Assembly: GCA_035221665.1 (NCBI GenBank)
Contig: CM069141.1
Coordinates: 46,996,001-47,060,000 of the forward strand
Source of the DNA: Okamejei kenojei
Taxonomy: Eukaryota
Direction: 5' to 3'
DNA: 64,000 bases
Shown here: positions 28,019 through 41,699 of the stretch, in pieces
How the letters are laid out: each line of letters starts with the position of its first letter
How positions within the stretch are numbered: the first letter of the stretch is position 1
Notes under the pieces: model-generated
What the model was told of the DNA's origin: nothing
The model's database searches: none
Seen by the model: the letters and a program-made list of their open reading frames with translations, nothing else
Position numbers and translations under genes: made by a program

Positions 28019-30464
28019 ATGGCGAACAAAAAACAAAAAACGAGGTTTGCCTGCAATGTGTTTGTATCTATGTTGCTGATATGTGCACCGGATCTAATTA
28101 CCGGGCAACTTCGTTATTTCTATTCCGAGGAAATGGAAGAAGGCGCTTTTGTTGGAATCTCGCACAAGATCTGGGTCTGAACCTACGGCAAATGTTGCTC
28201 GCAAATTGCGACTATAGCTCTGATGACGGAGGACGGTACATGAAGGTTGGTTCAGACAATGGGGTATTATCTATTCATGAAAGAATCACCGATAGGGAAC
28301 GTATTTGTAGGCACACGGAATTGTGTACCATATATTTTAAAAAAAACACTGGATTAATCCCTCGGAGGTGTACCGCGGGGAAGTAGAGATTCTCGATGTT
28401 AAATGACAATCCTCCGAATTTCGGAGACGGTAAGCATCGCCTTGCAGATATCTGAAGCGATTGCACCCCGGAGTACGTTTCGTCTTGAGGAGCGCGGAAG
28501 ATCCCGTTTTGGAATAAATACTGTCACCGCCTACACAATCAGTTCATGAGCACTTTAGTCTAAAACGCATAAACAGACGATGGTATTTATGGTCGCCGAG
28601 TTACACTGTTAGAGAAAATCTTTAGACCGAGAGGTGCAAGCATCACATGAACTCTTCCTTACGGCGACTGACGGGGGGATACCTCAGAGATCAGGCACAG
28701 CTCAGGTTCTTATTACTGTAGGTGGACATTAATGATAATTCACCAGTGTTCGATCAGAGATAATTACAAGGGCATTCTTAAGTGAGAACGCACGGCAAGG
28801 TGCCTATGTGATGCAAGTTAAACGCAAATGACTTGGACGAAGGACTGAACGCGGAACTGACGTACTCTTTTAGTGATGTTGCTTTGCGAAGAGTGCGGAA
28901 TTTATTCAGATTAGGACCCACATAGTGGGGAGAGATCCGTGTAGAAGGACGCTGGATTATGAAGAAGCAACGAGCTATTCTCTGATATTTCAAGCTATGG
29001 ATAATGGTTCACCTCCATTAACTGGACACGCAAATGTGCTGATCAAAATATACTGACGTGAATGATAACGCACCCGAGATTAAACGGTGACATCAGCTTA
29101 CACTAAAATATCCCGGAAAAATGCTCCACACCGGAACATTCATACGTTCATTGATGTCATTGATCGTGATTCTGGAGTGAAACGGTCACGTCCGCTGCGA
29201 GGTTGTCTCAGAATGTTCCCTTTAGAGTTACAACATCGTCGAACCATTTATAAATTGGTTACCAGTAAAACGTTGGACCGTGAAGTGATTTTTCTGTGTA
29301 TACATTACTAATTTCAGCATGGGATTGGGGCGCCTTTGCACTGTCGTCAAACAAAACTATCCTATTGCAATATACCGATATAAACGATAACGCTCCGCGA
29401 TTTGCTGCATCATCCTAACAACGTATACGTGACGGAGAGAATAGTGTTCCGGGTGCATCCATTTTCGCACTAACTGCACTTGATCCTGATCAGGAGCAGA
29501 ATTCCTATATTGTCTCTTACTTTTTTGGGGACAATTCAGATCCCAAAACCTGCCAGTATCCACTTACCTAGTCTATTAACTCAATGAACGGTCTATATTA
29601 CGCGCTGGCGTTCATTCGACTATGAGGAACTCAAGAACTTCCAGATTAACGTACAAGCCCGTGACACTGGGGTGCCTCCGTTAAGCAGCAGCGCCACGGT
29701 GAATGTCATCATCCTGGATCAAAATGACAACGCGCCGGTAATTATTTCACCTTTAGAACAGAGTGGATCAGTGGCAACGGAGATCGCGCACCCAGTCAGC
29801 GCGTCAAGGTTACTTGGTCACCAAAATAATAGCTACGGATGCAGATTCTGGTCAGAACTCACGACTCTTTCATCAGATGGTTAAATCTACCGATCCCACT
29901 TTGTTCAACGTTGGGGAAGATTTTCCCGGTGAAATCAGGAACTAGTTGCAACATTTTGCAGTCCGACATATGGTTTACAGAATCTGGTCATATTGGTCAA
30001 GGACAATGGGCAGCCAAAGCTGTCCAGTACAGTTACAATGAACATCAGTGTTTTGGAGAAACAGCACTGAAGGAATCACCGAAAGCAGTACCGTGAAGAA
30101 TCCCGAATATTTCTCTGATCCAAAATATTTACTTTATCATCATTTTCAGCTGCACTTCCGTTGTCTTTCTTGTGATTCATCGTTCTGCTGATTTTGGCAT
30201 CAAGTGCAAACAGGAACAGAAGTATTATCCAAGGGTATAACACCCCCCAGTTTTATTGTTACAATCATGGAGTGTTGCACGGTACGTTTAATGGAGGACC
30301 TGCCATAAGAAAAAATCTTTGCCGCTTATCCCGGGACAGGCCGGGTTGTCCGCGTGTCGGAAACCGCATCAATTATCTCTCGGTCTGCCTGTTCTCCAGA
30401 GTCAGCGAAAAGTGATTTTCTCTTCTTGAAGCCACGCGGCGATTGAGTCTTCAGCGGCGAATGA
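28019..30464 (+). CDS. Clustered protocadherin gene 5 (close paralog of gene 4; indel-rich)
   Basis: Colinear with gene 4 from the ATG to FLFLKP. ORF fragments [21 protein letters not shown] and [18 protein letters not shown]. Confidence 0.65.
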
Positions 30465-33179
30465 TGATGCGCATGCTCAAGGAAGGCGCCCTCTTATTTG
30501 GGGTCATTTTACTCTTCGAGGCATATAGAATAATTCGTGAGTGAAATATTTAAGAACATGTTAAATTTCTGCATGTTTTTCTATTTCCTTTAATTGTGCA
30601 TTTGTTGTAATGGCAAAGAATATATAATTTTTAGCAAATAAACTTCCATCGTTTGAGAGTTATTCTGTCAATAATCTGAAGAAATCATATTGCCTATTAT
30701 TGAACGACGTAAGATATACATTGCAGACTGGACCAATCACATTAAGGATGCTAAGTACATTTACTTGCCTAAGTAGAAAAAAATTAACGTTTTAAAAAGA
30801 TCCACAGCATATTCCATATGAAATAGTATGGGTTTACAGAGCAATAAACTGAATAACTAAAACTCGAAGACGTAAATGAAATATTAAAGTGAACGAGAAA
30901 CACAAGATGCGAAAGCTGAAATATGGTTGTGAAGATAAAATGAGGCTGGCGGGAAACACTCACCAGGTGGGCCACGAAGTGGATAGATAACGTTTCAGGT
31001 TGCCCCGTACCTCCAATCTGGACTAGGAGAGTATTAGCTGGTAGAGGTAAATGAAAATGGTGAGGGCAAGTGTCGGCAAGTGGAATCCAGGAAGGAAAAC
31101 TTGGCTGGCACATGGAAAACAACGGATGGAGATGGCCACATAGGGCGGGAATAAATATGTGAAAAAGAAAGACTGAGATGGTGGGAATCCGATAAGAAGG
31201 GAATGTACGAAAGAAACTATAGAAGTATGGGCAGGCAGGGCTCATGCGAAAACAGTTACGATGGGTAGAGGAGGATGTGAGTGTGAGGACCGGTGTCGAT
31301 CAGCAGGAGAAGGGGTGGGATGGGCGAGATAATTACAATTGAAGCAATGCATGTTCATGCCTTTGGATTGTAGGCCACACAAGCGGAATATGGGGTGCTG
31401 GTATTTCACTTTGTATATGACCTCCCTCTGAATATGGAGTAACCTGAGGTACAGAGAGACTGTATTGGTTGGTTAATGGGAATGTGAAAATGCCTCAATC
31501 ATGAGTTCCAGGCTGGCCTACGAATGGCGTTCAGACCAGAACTGTGCAAAATTCTTCAAATGCGGCCAAAGCAATGATTTGTCCATTGCTAACAGGACAT
31601 CTCAGCTATTTTATTCCCAACCTACGCTGATAAGCGCAAGCTTGCCATATGCAAATGTAACTCTTAGCTCCCATTGTTAAAGAACTATTTTCTTATAGCT
31701 CTAAAATATCCTTATGTCCTTCAACTCTCTGGAATACACCTGCCTCTCACTGATTATCGTGTGTCTGTGGAGCTCAGAAAATCAGTAAACGTCATAACAA
31801 CCTATAGCAGAAACAACGTAGTATAATATTTGTCCCAACTGCTACCCTTGAGACAGCTGCGAATGTCATTTTATTAAAACTTCTGAATGATATTAGTATT
31901 GTCCATCCTCCATTTCCCATTCCACACTGCTGTTGGAAAATTTTTAAAATATTTTCATGTGGTTTGCAATTCTGATGAAGGGCCCAGCAACTGATATCAT
32001 TTAATTGTTTTATTTCCTCATATAATCTATGACCTGATGGATGTTTGAATGCCATTTGTGTGGCTTTTTCCTTCATAGATGAGATGCGCTTTCATACTGG
32101 GTCACTAGAGGCTTTTGAATCATATTATGTGTCGTTCTGCAGCCGAAGTGAGATTTCGAAAGACACGCCCACATCTAGTGGTATTAATTAATTCAATACA
32201 CAAACTCTGAGGATCAATGCGACTTGAGCCACTTATATTGTAAATGCACGAAGGGAATGCTTGGAAAAGTGGTACAATGAAACAAAGGGTCGCAAAATAA
32301 TAGGGAATTCATAAATCGTCAATTTTCCTGCGCCCCAACCTCCCACTGACACCTTTGTCCGAGATCCCATTATATCAGTTGATTTCTTGAATTAAAACCG
32401 CGCATCACCAATGCAGCACTCCTTGACAGAATCATTCCAAATTTATTTTGTTACTTTCTGATTTGGGATGTAAAAATGCACCTGACTAATCACTCTATGT
32501 GATTTAGAGCTGACTATTCTTTTCCCACGAACACTTACTTGGAAAGTCCCAAAGTATCTCACGTTGGTACCATTGAAAGCTTTATGTTCACTAAATCCAG
32601 CCTTTTAAGAAATGTGACACTACAATTCTTTTAAGGAATGTGACACTACAATGTATTCCTAAATATCAATCATAATAAACTGTCAAAACACAAAGTATTG
32701 GAGGAAGGCATGGATTCGGGAAATGGACAGGTCAACGTCCGGTTCAGGCCCCTTTTTCGATTGATTGCAGGTGCTGCGTCCCCGGTGCCTTCCTCCAGAA
32801 CCGTGTATTTAGTTTTAGATGGCAGTACCTTCCATAATATACCCCAGCAGTGAAGAACATAATCGTACGAAGTTTCAAATAAAGTTATTTCGTTGCAAAT
32901 CTTTAATTGCAATTGCAGACCCAACATGTGTTTGCAGAAAGTGTTCCCCACAGATTTGTGTTCATTATCTGAAGCATGATTTAAGTTGTTAATGTTTTGA
33001 GTGAATGATCTTTAGATAGTTTCAAGGAGTTTCAGGTCACAATTGCCCTTCAGTACGTGTCTGCTTTGACTATATTAGTTAAATGCTGGAAAACAAATCG
33101 ATCTGTTATTGCAGGAATTGGGGGTTATGGTTTTGACGTTAATATTTAGGGAACCGTCCAGCTTTAGAGATTTACATAC

Positions 33180-33221
33180 TGTAGTTATTGAAAAGAACTG
33201 GTCGTGTCGCTGTCTACCAAT
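33180..33221 (+). promoter_or_regulatory. Pcdh CSE of gene 6
   Basis: tgtagttattgaaaagaactggtcgtgtcgctgtctaccaat. Confidence 0.75.
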
Positions 33222-33467
33222 AAGAAGCTCGAGGCACAGATGGATCCATTGCCCCTCACTGCCCAGGAACAAAACGTCAGACGGACGAGAAAGGCGAGCA
33301 GTGGCCGCATTTGGTGGCGGAAAATAAAAAAAGCAGAGGTGGATTGATTTTACCGTGTGTTTCTTACAGCTTTCAGGATATGTGATTTTCTTTTATTCGG
33401 TGGTAAGAACATTTTTACGGATCTCCCGAAGAGAGGGTGGTTTTGGACATTTGCGTACTGTGGAACA

Positions 33468-35853
33468 ATGGCGTACAAAAAACAAAAAAAACGAGATTTG
33501 CCTGCATGTGTTTGCGGTATGTTACTGATATGTGCACCGGATCTAATTACCGGGCAACTTCGTTTACATTATTCTATTCACGAAGAAGGGAAGAAGGAGC
33601 TTTTTGTTGGATATCTCGCTCAAGATCTGGGTCTGGCCGTACGGCAAATGTCAGCTCGCAAAATGCGTCTTCTAAGCTCTGATGTCGGGAGGACGGTACA
33701 TGAAGGTTGGTCAGACAATGGGGTGTTATCTATTCGTGAAAGAATCGGACAGGAACGTATTTGTAGGCATCAGACATAGTACTTGTATTTTAAAACATTA
33801 CTGCCAAATTCCCTGGTGGTGTACCGCGGGGAAGTTGAGATTTTCGTTGTCAATGACAGTCCTCCGATTTTCGGAGATGGAAGCATGCCTTAAAGATTTC
33901 TGAAGCGATTGCAACCGGAGTACGTTTCCGTCTTGAGAGCGCGGAAGATCCCCGATGTGGGAATAAATTCTGTCACCGCTACCTCAAATCAGTTCCAAAT
34001 GCGCACTTTAGTCTATAAACGCATAAAAACAGAAAGATGGTTTATGGTAGCCGAGTTTCTGTTAGAGAATCTTTAGACCGAGAGGTGCAAACATCTCATA
34101 ACTCTTGCTTCGGCGGACTGACGGTGGGATCCCTCAGTGATCCAGCCACAGCTCAGGTTCTAATTACTGTATGGACAATAATGTTAACTCCACCTGTGTT
34201 CGATCATGATATTTACAGGGGGCACCGTAAGTGGGAGTACGCTCGGCATGGTCGCATTGTGATGAAATCAATGCAAATGGACGTGGACGACGGAATGACT
34301 GCGGAGCTAACGTACACTTTTAGTGACTTTGCTTGCGAAGAGCGCGTCATTTGTTCAGTTTAGACCAGATAGTGGGGAGATCGTGTTAGAAGGATCGCTG
34401 GATTTTGAAGAAGGAACTAGCTTTCTCTAGATATTCAAGCAGTGGACCACGGGACATGCAATTACTGGACAGCAAATGTGCTGATCAAAGTATTGACGTG
34501 AACGATAACGACCCGAGATTTAGGTGACATCAGCTTCTAACAGCATTCCGGAAAATTGTTCCACAGGAACAGTTCCATAACGTTCTTTGATTATTATTGA
34601 CCGTGATTCTGGGAGAGGAACGGTCAAACACGTGCGGATACATAGAATGTCCCCTGTAGGAATACAACGGCATCGATATTGGTCTACAGTAAACCGTTGG
34701 ACCGTTGAAGTGATTTTGAGTATATATTAGTAGGACAGGCATGGGACGTGGGGTCGCTTCACTGACATCTAATAATACCTTCCGTATTGCAATAACTGAT
34801 GTAAACGACAACCGCCCGCGGTTTGCTGCTTATCCTACAATGTCTATGTGATGGAGAATAACGCTCCGGGTACGTCCATTTTCGCATTAACTGCACATAG
34901 ATCATGATCTGGAGCAATCGCCTATTTTTTCTTACTCGTTTGTGAAAATCACATCCAAAACCTCCGGTATCCAGTACTGACCCTTAACCCATTAAACGGA
35001 AACGATTTACGCCGCTGCGTTCCTTTGATTATGGAATCAAAAAACTTTCAGGATCAACGTTAGAAGCCCGTGACGCGGGGGTGCCCCCATTTAACCCCAC
35101 AGCGCCACGGTGAATGTGATATCCTGGATCAAAATGTCGACGCGCCGGTAATTGATTCACCTTCAGTAGGTGAGTGGATCCGCAACTGCGGAGATTCGTG
35201 GCCCCAGTCAGCGCGTCAGGGTACTTGGTCACCAAAATAATGGCTACCGATGCAGAAATTCTGGTAGAACTCGCGGCTCTTTTACCAGATTACGAAATCT
35301 ATCGATACCACTTGGTTCAAGTTGGGCAAAATTCCGGAGAAAATCAGAACAGCACGGAATATTTGGCATCCGATAATCCTTTACAACTCTAGGTCATCTT
35401 GGTGAAGGACAATGCGGCAGCCATGCCTGTCGTACAGTTACAATGAATAATTTCGAGTTTTTTAGAGATCAGTACGAAGGTATTCACCCAAATGCAGGAT
35501 ACCTTGGCGAAGAATCCAGAATATTTCGTGATCCAAATGTTTACTTTAATCATCATTTCAGTTGCACCTCCGTTGTTTTTTTCTGGTCATCGTTTTGTTG
35601 ATTGTCTGAAGTGCAAAAGGACAGAAGTATTATCCAAGGGTATAACTTCCCCCGTATTGTTACAATCTATGGAGACATTGCACGGCACGTTTATGGAAGA
35701 CTATCATGGAGGAAACTGTACGTTATCCCGGGACGGGCCGGGTAGTCCGGTGCCGGAATCGTACCAATATTCGGGCTGCATGTCTCCAGAGTCAGCGAAA
35801 AAGTGATTTTCTCTTTTTGTAAGCCATGTGGCGATCCCACGTCTCAGGCCTAA
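33468..35853 (+). CDS. Clustered protocadherin gene 6 (heavily indel-damaged)
   Basis: ggaacaATGgcg start; nucleotide colinearity with genes 4 and 5 over all six ECs; ends gtctcaggccTAA. Confidence 0.6.
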
Positions 35854-36799
35854 AGATGCTAACCCTTAGTAAGGCGCACCTTATCTGGGTCCATTAATCT
35901 CAAAGAATGTGATTTCATTCCGTGAATGAAACTAATTAAGATTATTATTATTTTGTGGTAATTTCGTCTTTCATTTAAATTTGTGATTTGTTGTAAAAAC
36001 ATCACTTTTAGCAAATAATAATACTACTTCTTGAGTGGGAGATGTTAACTACGGACGGGGGATAAATTTACCTATCATTGAACCCACGTATAGAAATGCA
36101 TTGCTTACTAGATCAATTACGTTCAGGATTTCTGAATCCATTCATATGGTTAAAGTAATAAACATTTATAAATGACGACAAAAGATTTGTCGGTGCATAG
36201 TCACCATATCATACCTTGTATCCAAGTAGAAAATAAACTAAATAAATAATGTAGATGGCAAATAATTTCAATATAAATGTACGTGAAACAGAGAGAGTGT
36301 GGATGCTAAAATTTGTGCCACAATAAAATGTTCTAGCTTCTCGGATCAGTAGACATCTGCGGAAGGGATATGGACGGAAAATGCATTGGGTTGGGGCAAT
36401 TTCTCATGCGTCAAAATTACAGAGGTGTTGCTGGTAGAAATAATAGGTGCATGGAAGTGGCGTGCTAAGAGGTGGCAAGTTGGATGCCAGGTAAGGAAGG
36501 TGGTTGATTGTCAATTGGGGAAGGTGCAGAACGATGGGTGGATGGCGGCTTAGACTGGAATGAGGTGGAAAAGAGGAATCAATGTAAGAAAGGAATTTGA
36601 GGAATGAAATGCAGAACGCGCGGAGGGATAGCGGTGGGAAGGGTCATTTGAGAGGATGGGAGTTAAGGATCCTAAAGGGTGTGGGGAGGATGAGGAGCAG
36701 AGGATGTGACGGAGGAACAGAAGAGGAGCTGTGGGATAGGTGAGGTGGAAAAAAATATGTGGCGTTGGGAGGGCTATGCAGCCCAAACAGAAGTGAGGG

Positions 36800-37217
36800 T
36801 GGATTTGAGGTAAAATGTAAATATGTAAAATGGATGTTCATTCCGTTGGCTTGCAGGCTATGTAATATGGATAAAAGGATGCTGATATTTCAGTTTGAAA
36901 ACCCCCACCCCCTTCTGATATTGGAGAAAGCTGTGGACCAGAGAGATATTTATTACAATGGGATGATAAAAAAATACTGTAAGCTGTAGTCGGAATTCGT
37001 TTCATCTACAATTTGTCTCCCGCTGTAGATAATGCCACGCGAGGAGCACTAATTGCATGGACGAATGTGTAGGGTGTAGATAACCCTCTGCTGACTTTTG
37101 AATGGTTGTTTTTGATTCCCTCTGTATTGGGAAAGAGAAAGTGCAGGAGCAGGTGGTGTACATCTCGCATTTGGACGGGAACTGTTTGGGTGATGGTGGT
37201 TGTAGGTTTGCAGTGAT

Positions 37218-37286
<69 letters not shown>

Positions 37287-37730
37287 AGGTACTGCCCTTC
37301 TGCAGAAAGCCAATGGGTGGGGAACGGGAGATGTGGTGCTGGTGGCTAGATCGATTTGGAGTTTGCGGAATGGCTGTGAATCAATATATTGGATTGTAAA
37401 ATTACTTGAGAATATCAATGAAAATCTGTTGGCCGTCCAGGCAGAGGAGGGGCGCAGTTGAGGTGACCTGTTTAGAGCCTCTCGTTGCAGGAGGTATGGG
37501 AATACCTGAGGGCATTCTTAATGGGGAAAGAAGTGAAAATGGACTGGACATCCATAATAGATTAGGTCCATGGGGCCCAAAAATTTGTTTTTGACTCTGA
37601 AGTTGCGGCAAGCGTCTCAGATCTCGTATAAATGTTGATGCGTGAGGGGCTTGGTCAAGAATCATGGTCAAGATGTGTGGAAGTAGGTAAACATGAGTTC
37701 ACGGACACACGAGTATAGAAACAGAAAGGG
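36800..37730 (-). mobile_element. Degenerate Penelope-like element fragment
   Basis: The reverse complement resembles the plus-strand Penelope copy at 54630-55350 (acatctcccgttccccacccattggctttctgcag..; CTTC-type cysteine region). Confidence 0.5.
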
Positions 37731-37799
37731 CCTAACCGGGGTCTCCTGCTTTATATCTTGTGTATGGCAAAAGAAACGTTTATAAGTTGAGAAGATGTA

Positions 37800-38500
37800 G
37801 GTGCATAATTTGGCCATGGGCCTGACAACGGGCTACGCCGCCATTCGACATGACTGATCTTTATTTCCCCCTCAAACCCATTCTCTAGCCTTCTCCCCAT
37901 GCACCTTACGAATCAAGGATTATCTATCTCTACCTTAAGATTATCCATTGATTTGGCCCTCACTGTCGTTCAGTGGCAAGTAATTCCGCAATGAACGCTC
38001 TGACTAAAGGAATGCCTCCTCATATCCTTTCTAAAGGTACGTCGTTTTATTTCTGTGGCTTTTGGGCCTCTCGGTACTGAACTCTCACGCTAGTGGAATT
38101 TAACCACTTACCCAGCCTTTCCTATTCGGTAAATTTCAATGAGTTTCCCTTCGCCTTTCTAACACTCTAGCGAGTACAAACCAGTGTCGCCCAAAAACGC
38201 TCTTTCGTATGTTTTACCCAATCATTTCGGTTCATTCTCGTAATCCTATTCTCGACCATGTCGAATGCCACCACGTCTTCCTCGGTTATGGGACAAAAAT
38301 GGCTCACAATATTCCAACGCGGTCTGACCAGTGCCTGATAAGCCAATGCATTACATTCCTAGTTTGGTATTCTAGAACCTATAAATAAATGCACGCATTG
38401 CTTCGCCATTCCTCTACCAATTCGACTTGCAATTATCTTTTAGGGAATATATCGTGTTGGTGCTCCACGTCCCTTGGCGATCACCGATTGCTGAATTCCT
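37800..38500 (-). mobile_element. Degenerate CR1 3' fragment
   Basis: ccattcgacatgactgatct..ttctccccat..tgactaaaggaatgcctcctcat, homologous to 3433-3875. Confidence 0.55.
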
Positions 38501-41378
38501 GGAGGGTCACTCGCATGTCAGGCAGCACATGTGAAAACAATAGTTTTCGTTTCCGTTGCGGCGTCCATCACACTAAGTACCGGTAGAGGAAAACGGGTTA
38601 GCTCTGAAAGTACTGGAAAACTCTGATTGTATTGCAGGCCAAAACGCGTGAACGTTGCAGTCTGTTTAACGGTTAGGATCAAGTTGCGCTCGTTTGCTGT
38701 TCAGCCCTCCATTGGTGACCATATTCCCTGGCATTGTTCCGGCACCTACCTGGCTTAATCACATTCCTTCCTATGGCGTGTTGTCCAGAAACTGTGCCAC
38801 AATATTTCAAATGTGGCCTTCATTACTTTTGCTCAGTCCTTAAGTTAATGAATGGCAATCATGTCATCTGATTCTTTACCTCCTGTTTCCCTGTTCTCCC
38901 ATTTTCAAAGATACTGCGTAGCCAATACTACTAGCAATATATCTCTCTGCCATCAAACACTCGAAAGTCATTTCCATTCACTGGATATTAAGCCTATCTG
39001 CAGGCTCATAAATGAGAAACTTTTTGCGATGCACTAAGAAAACAATTAAGCATTACCTATCTCACTGCTACCTCTGCGATGCACATAGGTATTTGGTTTA
39101 ACCTCTGAGATGATAATATATTTTTCTATCCTCCGCTCCCCGACTGGATATCTAAACTTACTTTCAATACTTTCCTCAGCTTGATGAAGCGTCCCAAACC
39201 TGTTACGTTAATCCTTTTCCTTTCCTCAGTTATTAATGCCTGATGGGTTTTGGGCCTTTTCTGTTAGTGTAATTATAGGAGATGAGATTTCGTAGTTGAA
39301 TCAAATTGAGTGTTGACGTAATTGTATGGTCGCTCTGCAGCCGAAATATTAAGAAAAAAAAAATGGCGACATTTTGATAATATCACAAACCATTTAAAAA
39401 ATTATTCGGATTTTAAAAGCTAACTGGTCATTCCAGAATTATGTCATTACAAAGATTTCGATATCATACTTTGCTTTGATTTTATTCTTATTTTAATCCT
39501 GATTTTTAATGTTCACTTGTACTGTTTTGGCACGTTTTGTTACAATTAATATTCCTGGTTTAGAATTTGATATTTGCCAGATTCGCGTGACGCAAACATT
39601 AAATTACCATTTATGCTGATTGGAATAAACATCCCAATCTTAAAGGTGGCAAGGAAATTAGCATCAATCAGTATTTGGACCCACTGTGGCTTTCAGATAT
39701 CTCAGTAAATTTTCGTTCAGTGGAGATCCTGATGAATGGGATCTTTTCGATTAACATGCTATCCGCCAGGGATGTAAAAATCTTGCCCCGTTCACACTTG
39801 GACTGGACATTTGTGACGGTCAGAATCCTCTGTAATCTTTCCGTCGACTTATATGAATATAATAATTATAATAGTAATTTTCTTGTTATTGTCATTACTC
39901 ATACGTGCAATCTAGTTGGGTTTTGCAACTGCACATCTGATGTCATAAATAAAATTTAGGTATAGTTACCCGAGTACAACGGTTTGGGAGGGCGGTAAAA
40001 ACGATCCAGTAGATCAAGAAAATCAACCCAGACGAAAGTGCGAGGCCGGGGGAGACAGTCCATGGGGGTGGGGTGTACTCAGCTGGGCCGGTTTACAGAG
40101 CCGCTATAGCTCTGGATGATGCGGTTCTGAGTCTGGAGGGGCGGGCGTAGAATGGCTTGTTAACTGTTTCTGCCTGTAGGGAGTAGCGCGCGTCTGGCTA
40201 ACACATTGACATCGCCTTCAATTTTATGCAAAAGAATAACATCTTGCTGCGTTTCGGGTTGCAACTGATTTATTTGTTGCAACTGATTCGCTCCCTTCCT
40301 GGGATATCAATTCTATTGTTTCTGTCGGTAATGGCATGTAAATACACCAGATACGAAATTACGAAATGGCGTTTACTGTAAGCGCCAATTGAGGCGACAG
40401 GTTTGGTAACTAGAATTTTTTTTACGATAGGGAATATGTTAAATAAAGAATGCATCATGATCAATGCGTCATGAGTCCCTTATGTGCGGATTGCCGAATT
40501 GAATGTGTTGAGAAGGAAGGCACAATGAAACAGAGATTCACAATATAAAATAGGACTTCGATATTCACCAATCTTCCGGTCCAGCCCCCACCGATATAAA
40601 TTCGATGCTTCCCTCTATATCGATTCACTGGTTTAATGATGTAATGCAGATCTTCTGGACAGAACAATCCAAATATACAATTGTTCTAATGTTCAGATTA
40701 GTGGACGTAGGGAAATCACCTGGTAATAACTTCTTGATTTGGAGTTGAGATTCTCTTATCCACGAAACGTTTACTTGAAATACAAATTACTTAAGCAGCT
40801 TGAAGGTGACATTGAAAGCGTTTTATATTCACGGACTCGCTTTAATCTCTAAAAGTGACACAAAAATATTAAAGGATATCTATGTAAAAGATCACCCTTG
40901 CTTAATTGGTTGGCTAGCGAAACAATAGTAGACTGCAGCAGAGCACAAAGGGTTATGGAATTCAGCCGGTCATGTTCGCTCCTCTAGCAGTTGTGTTAGG
41001 TTCAAGATTCCAATACGGCAGTTACTTGTTTCCATCACTTGACCCAGCCGTCTAGAACAAAATTACGATACACCGTTGCCAAAGATATATATTTTGGTAC
41101 AACTATGTACCTGGAATTGTCAGGCCCCAATCATAAATAAAAGAGTATTTTCGCATACATGTTTGTTCACAGAATACTGAGCAACCGAACTATTCACGTT
41201 TACGAATTGAGTGAAACTTTAGGTAGGTTAGCCATTTCAGGCCACATTGCCTCAAAACCTGCCTGCGGATTCGAAGGTAAAAGTATGAAAATATAATAGA
41301 GCCGTTTTTTGCAGGAATTAGCTTTATGATTGAACACCATAAATATTTATGAGAACAGGTGCAGCGTAGGGTTGCAAC

Positions 41379-41420
41379 GGTAGTTGTTGAATATAAATGG
41401 TCGTGTGGCTGTCTACCATG
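41379..41420 (+). promoter_or_regulatory. Degenerate CSE of gene 7 (CGCT core reads GGCT)
   Basis: tagttgttgaatataaatggtcgtgtggctgtctaccatg. Confidence 0.55.
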
Positions 41421-41699
41421 AGAAGATAAAGTGCACTGGTGGACCCATCCGTCCTCCCACAGCTAAGAACACTCAAAAACGGTGGGACACTACGAAAAAT
41501 CGTGCAGTGCCTGCGTTTGGATGTTTCGAATCAAGCTGATAAGGTTTTTCGTGTGTTTACTTTTCCCCCAGGTTTCAGTATTTATAGTATTATTTTTTGT
41601 CGTGGGGGTAAGGTTTATTTATCGATTCCTGAAGAGGTCGTGGTGTGGACAGTAAGGGACCCAGTACTTAAGGTTATACTGTTATCTGTTGTGTGCGTT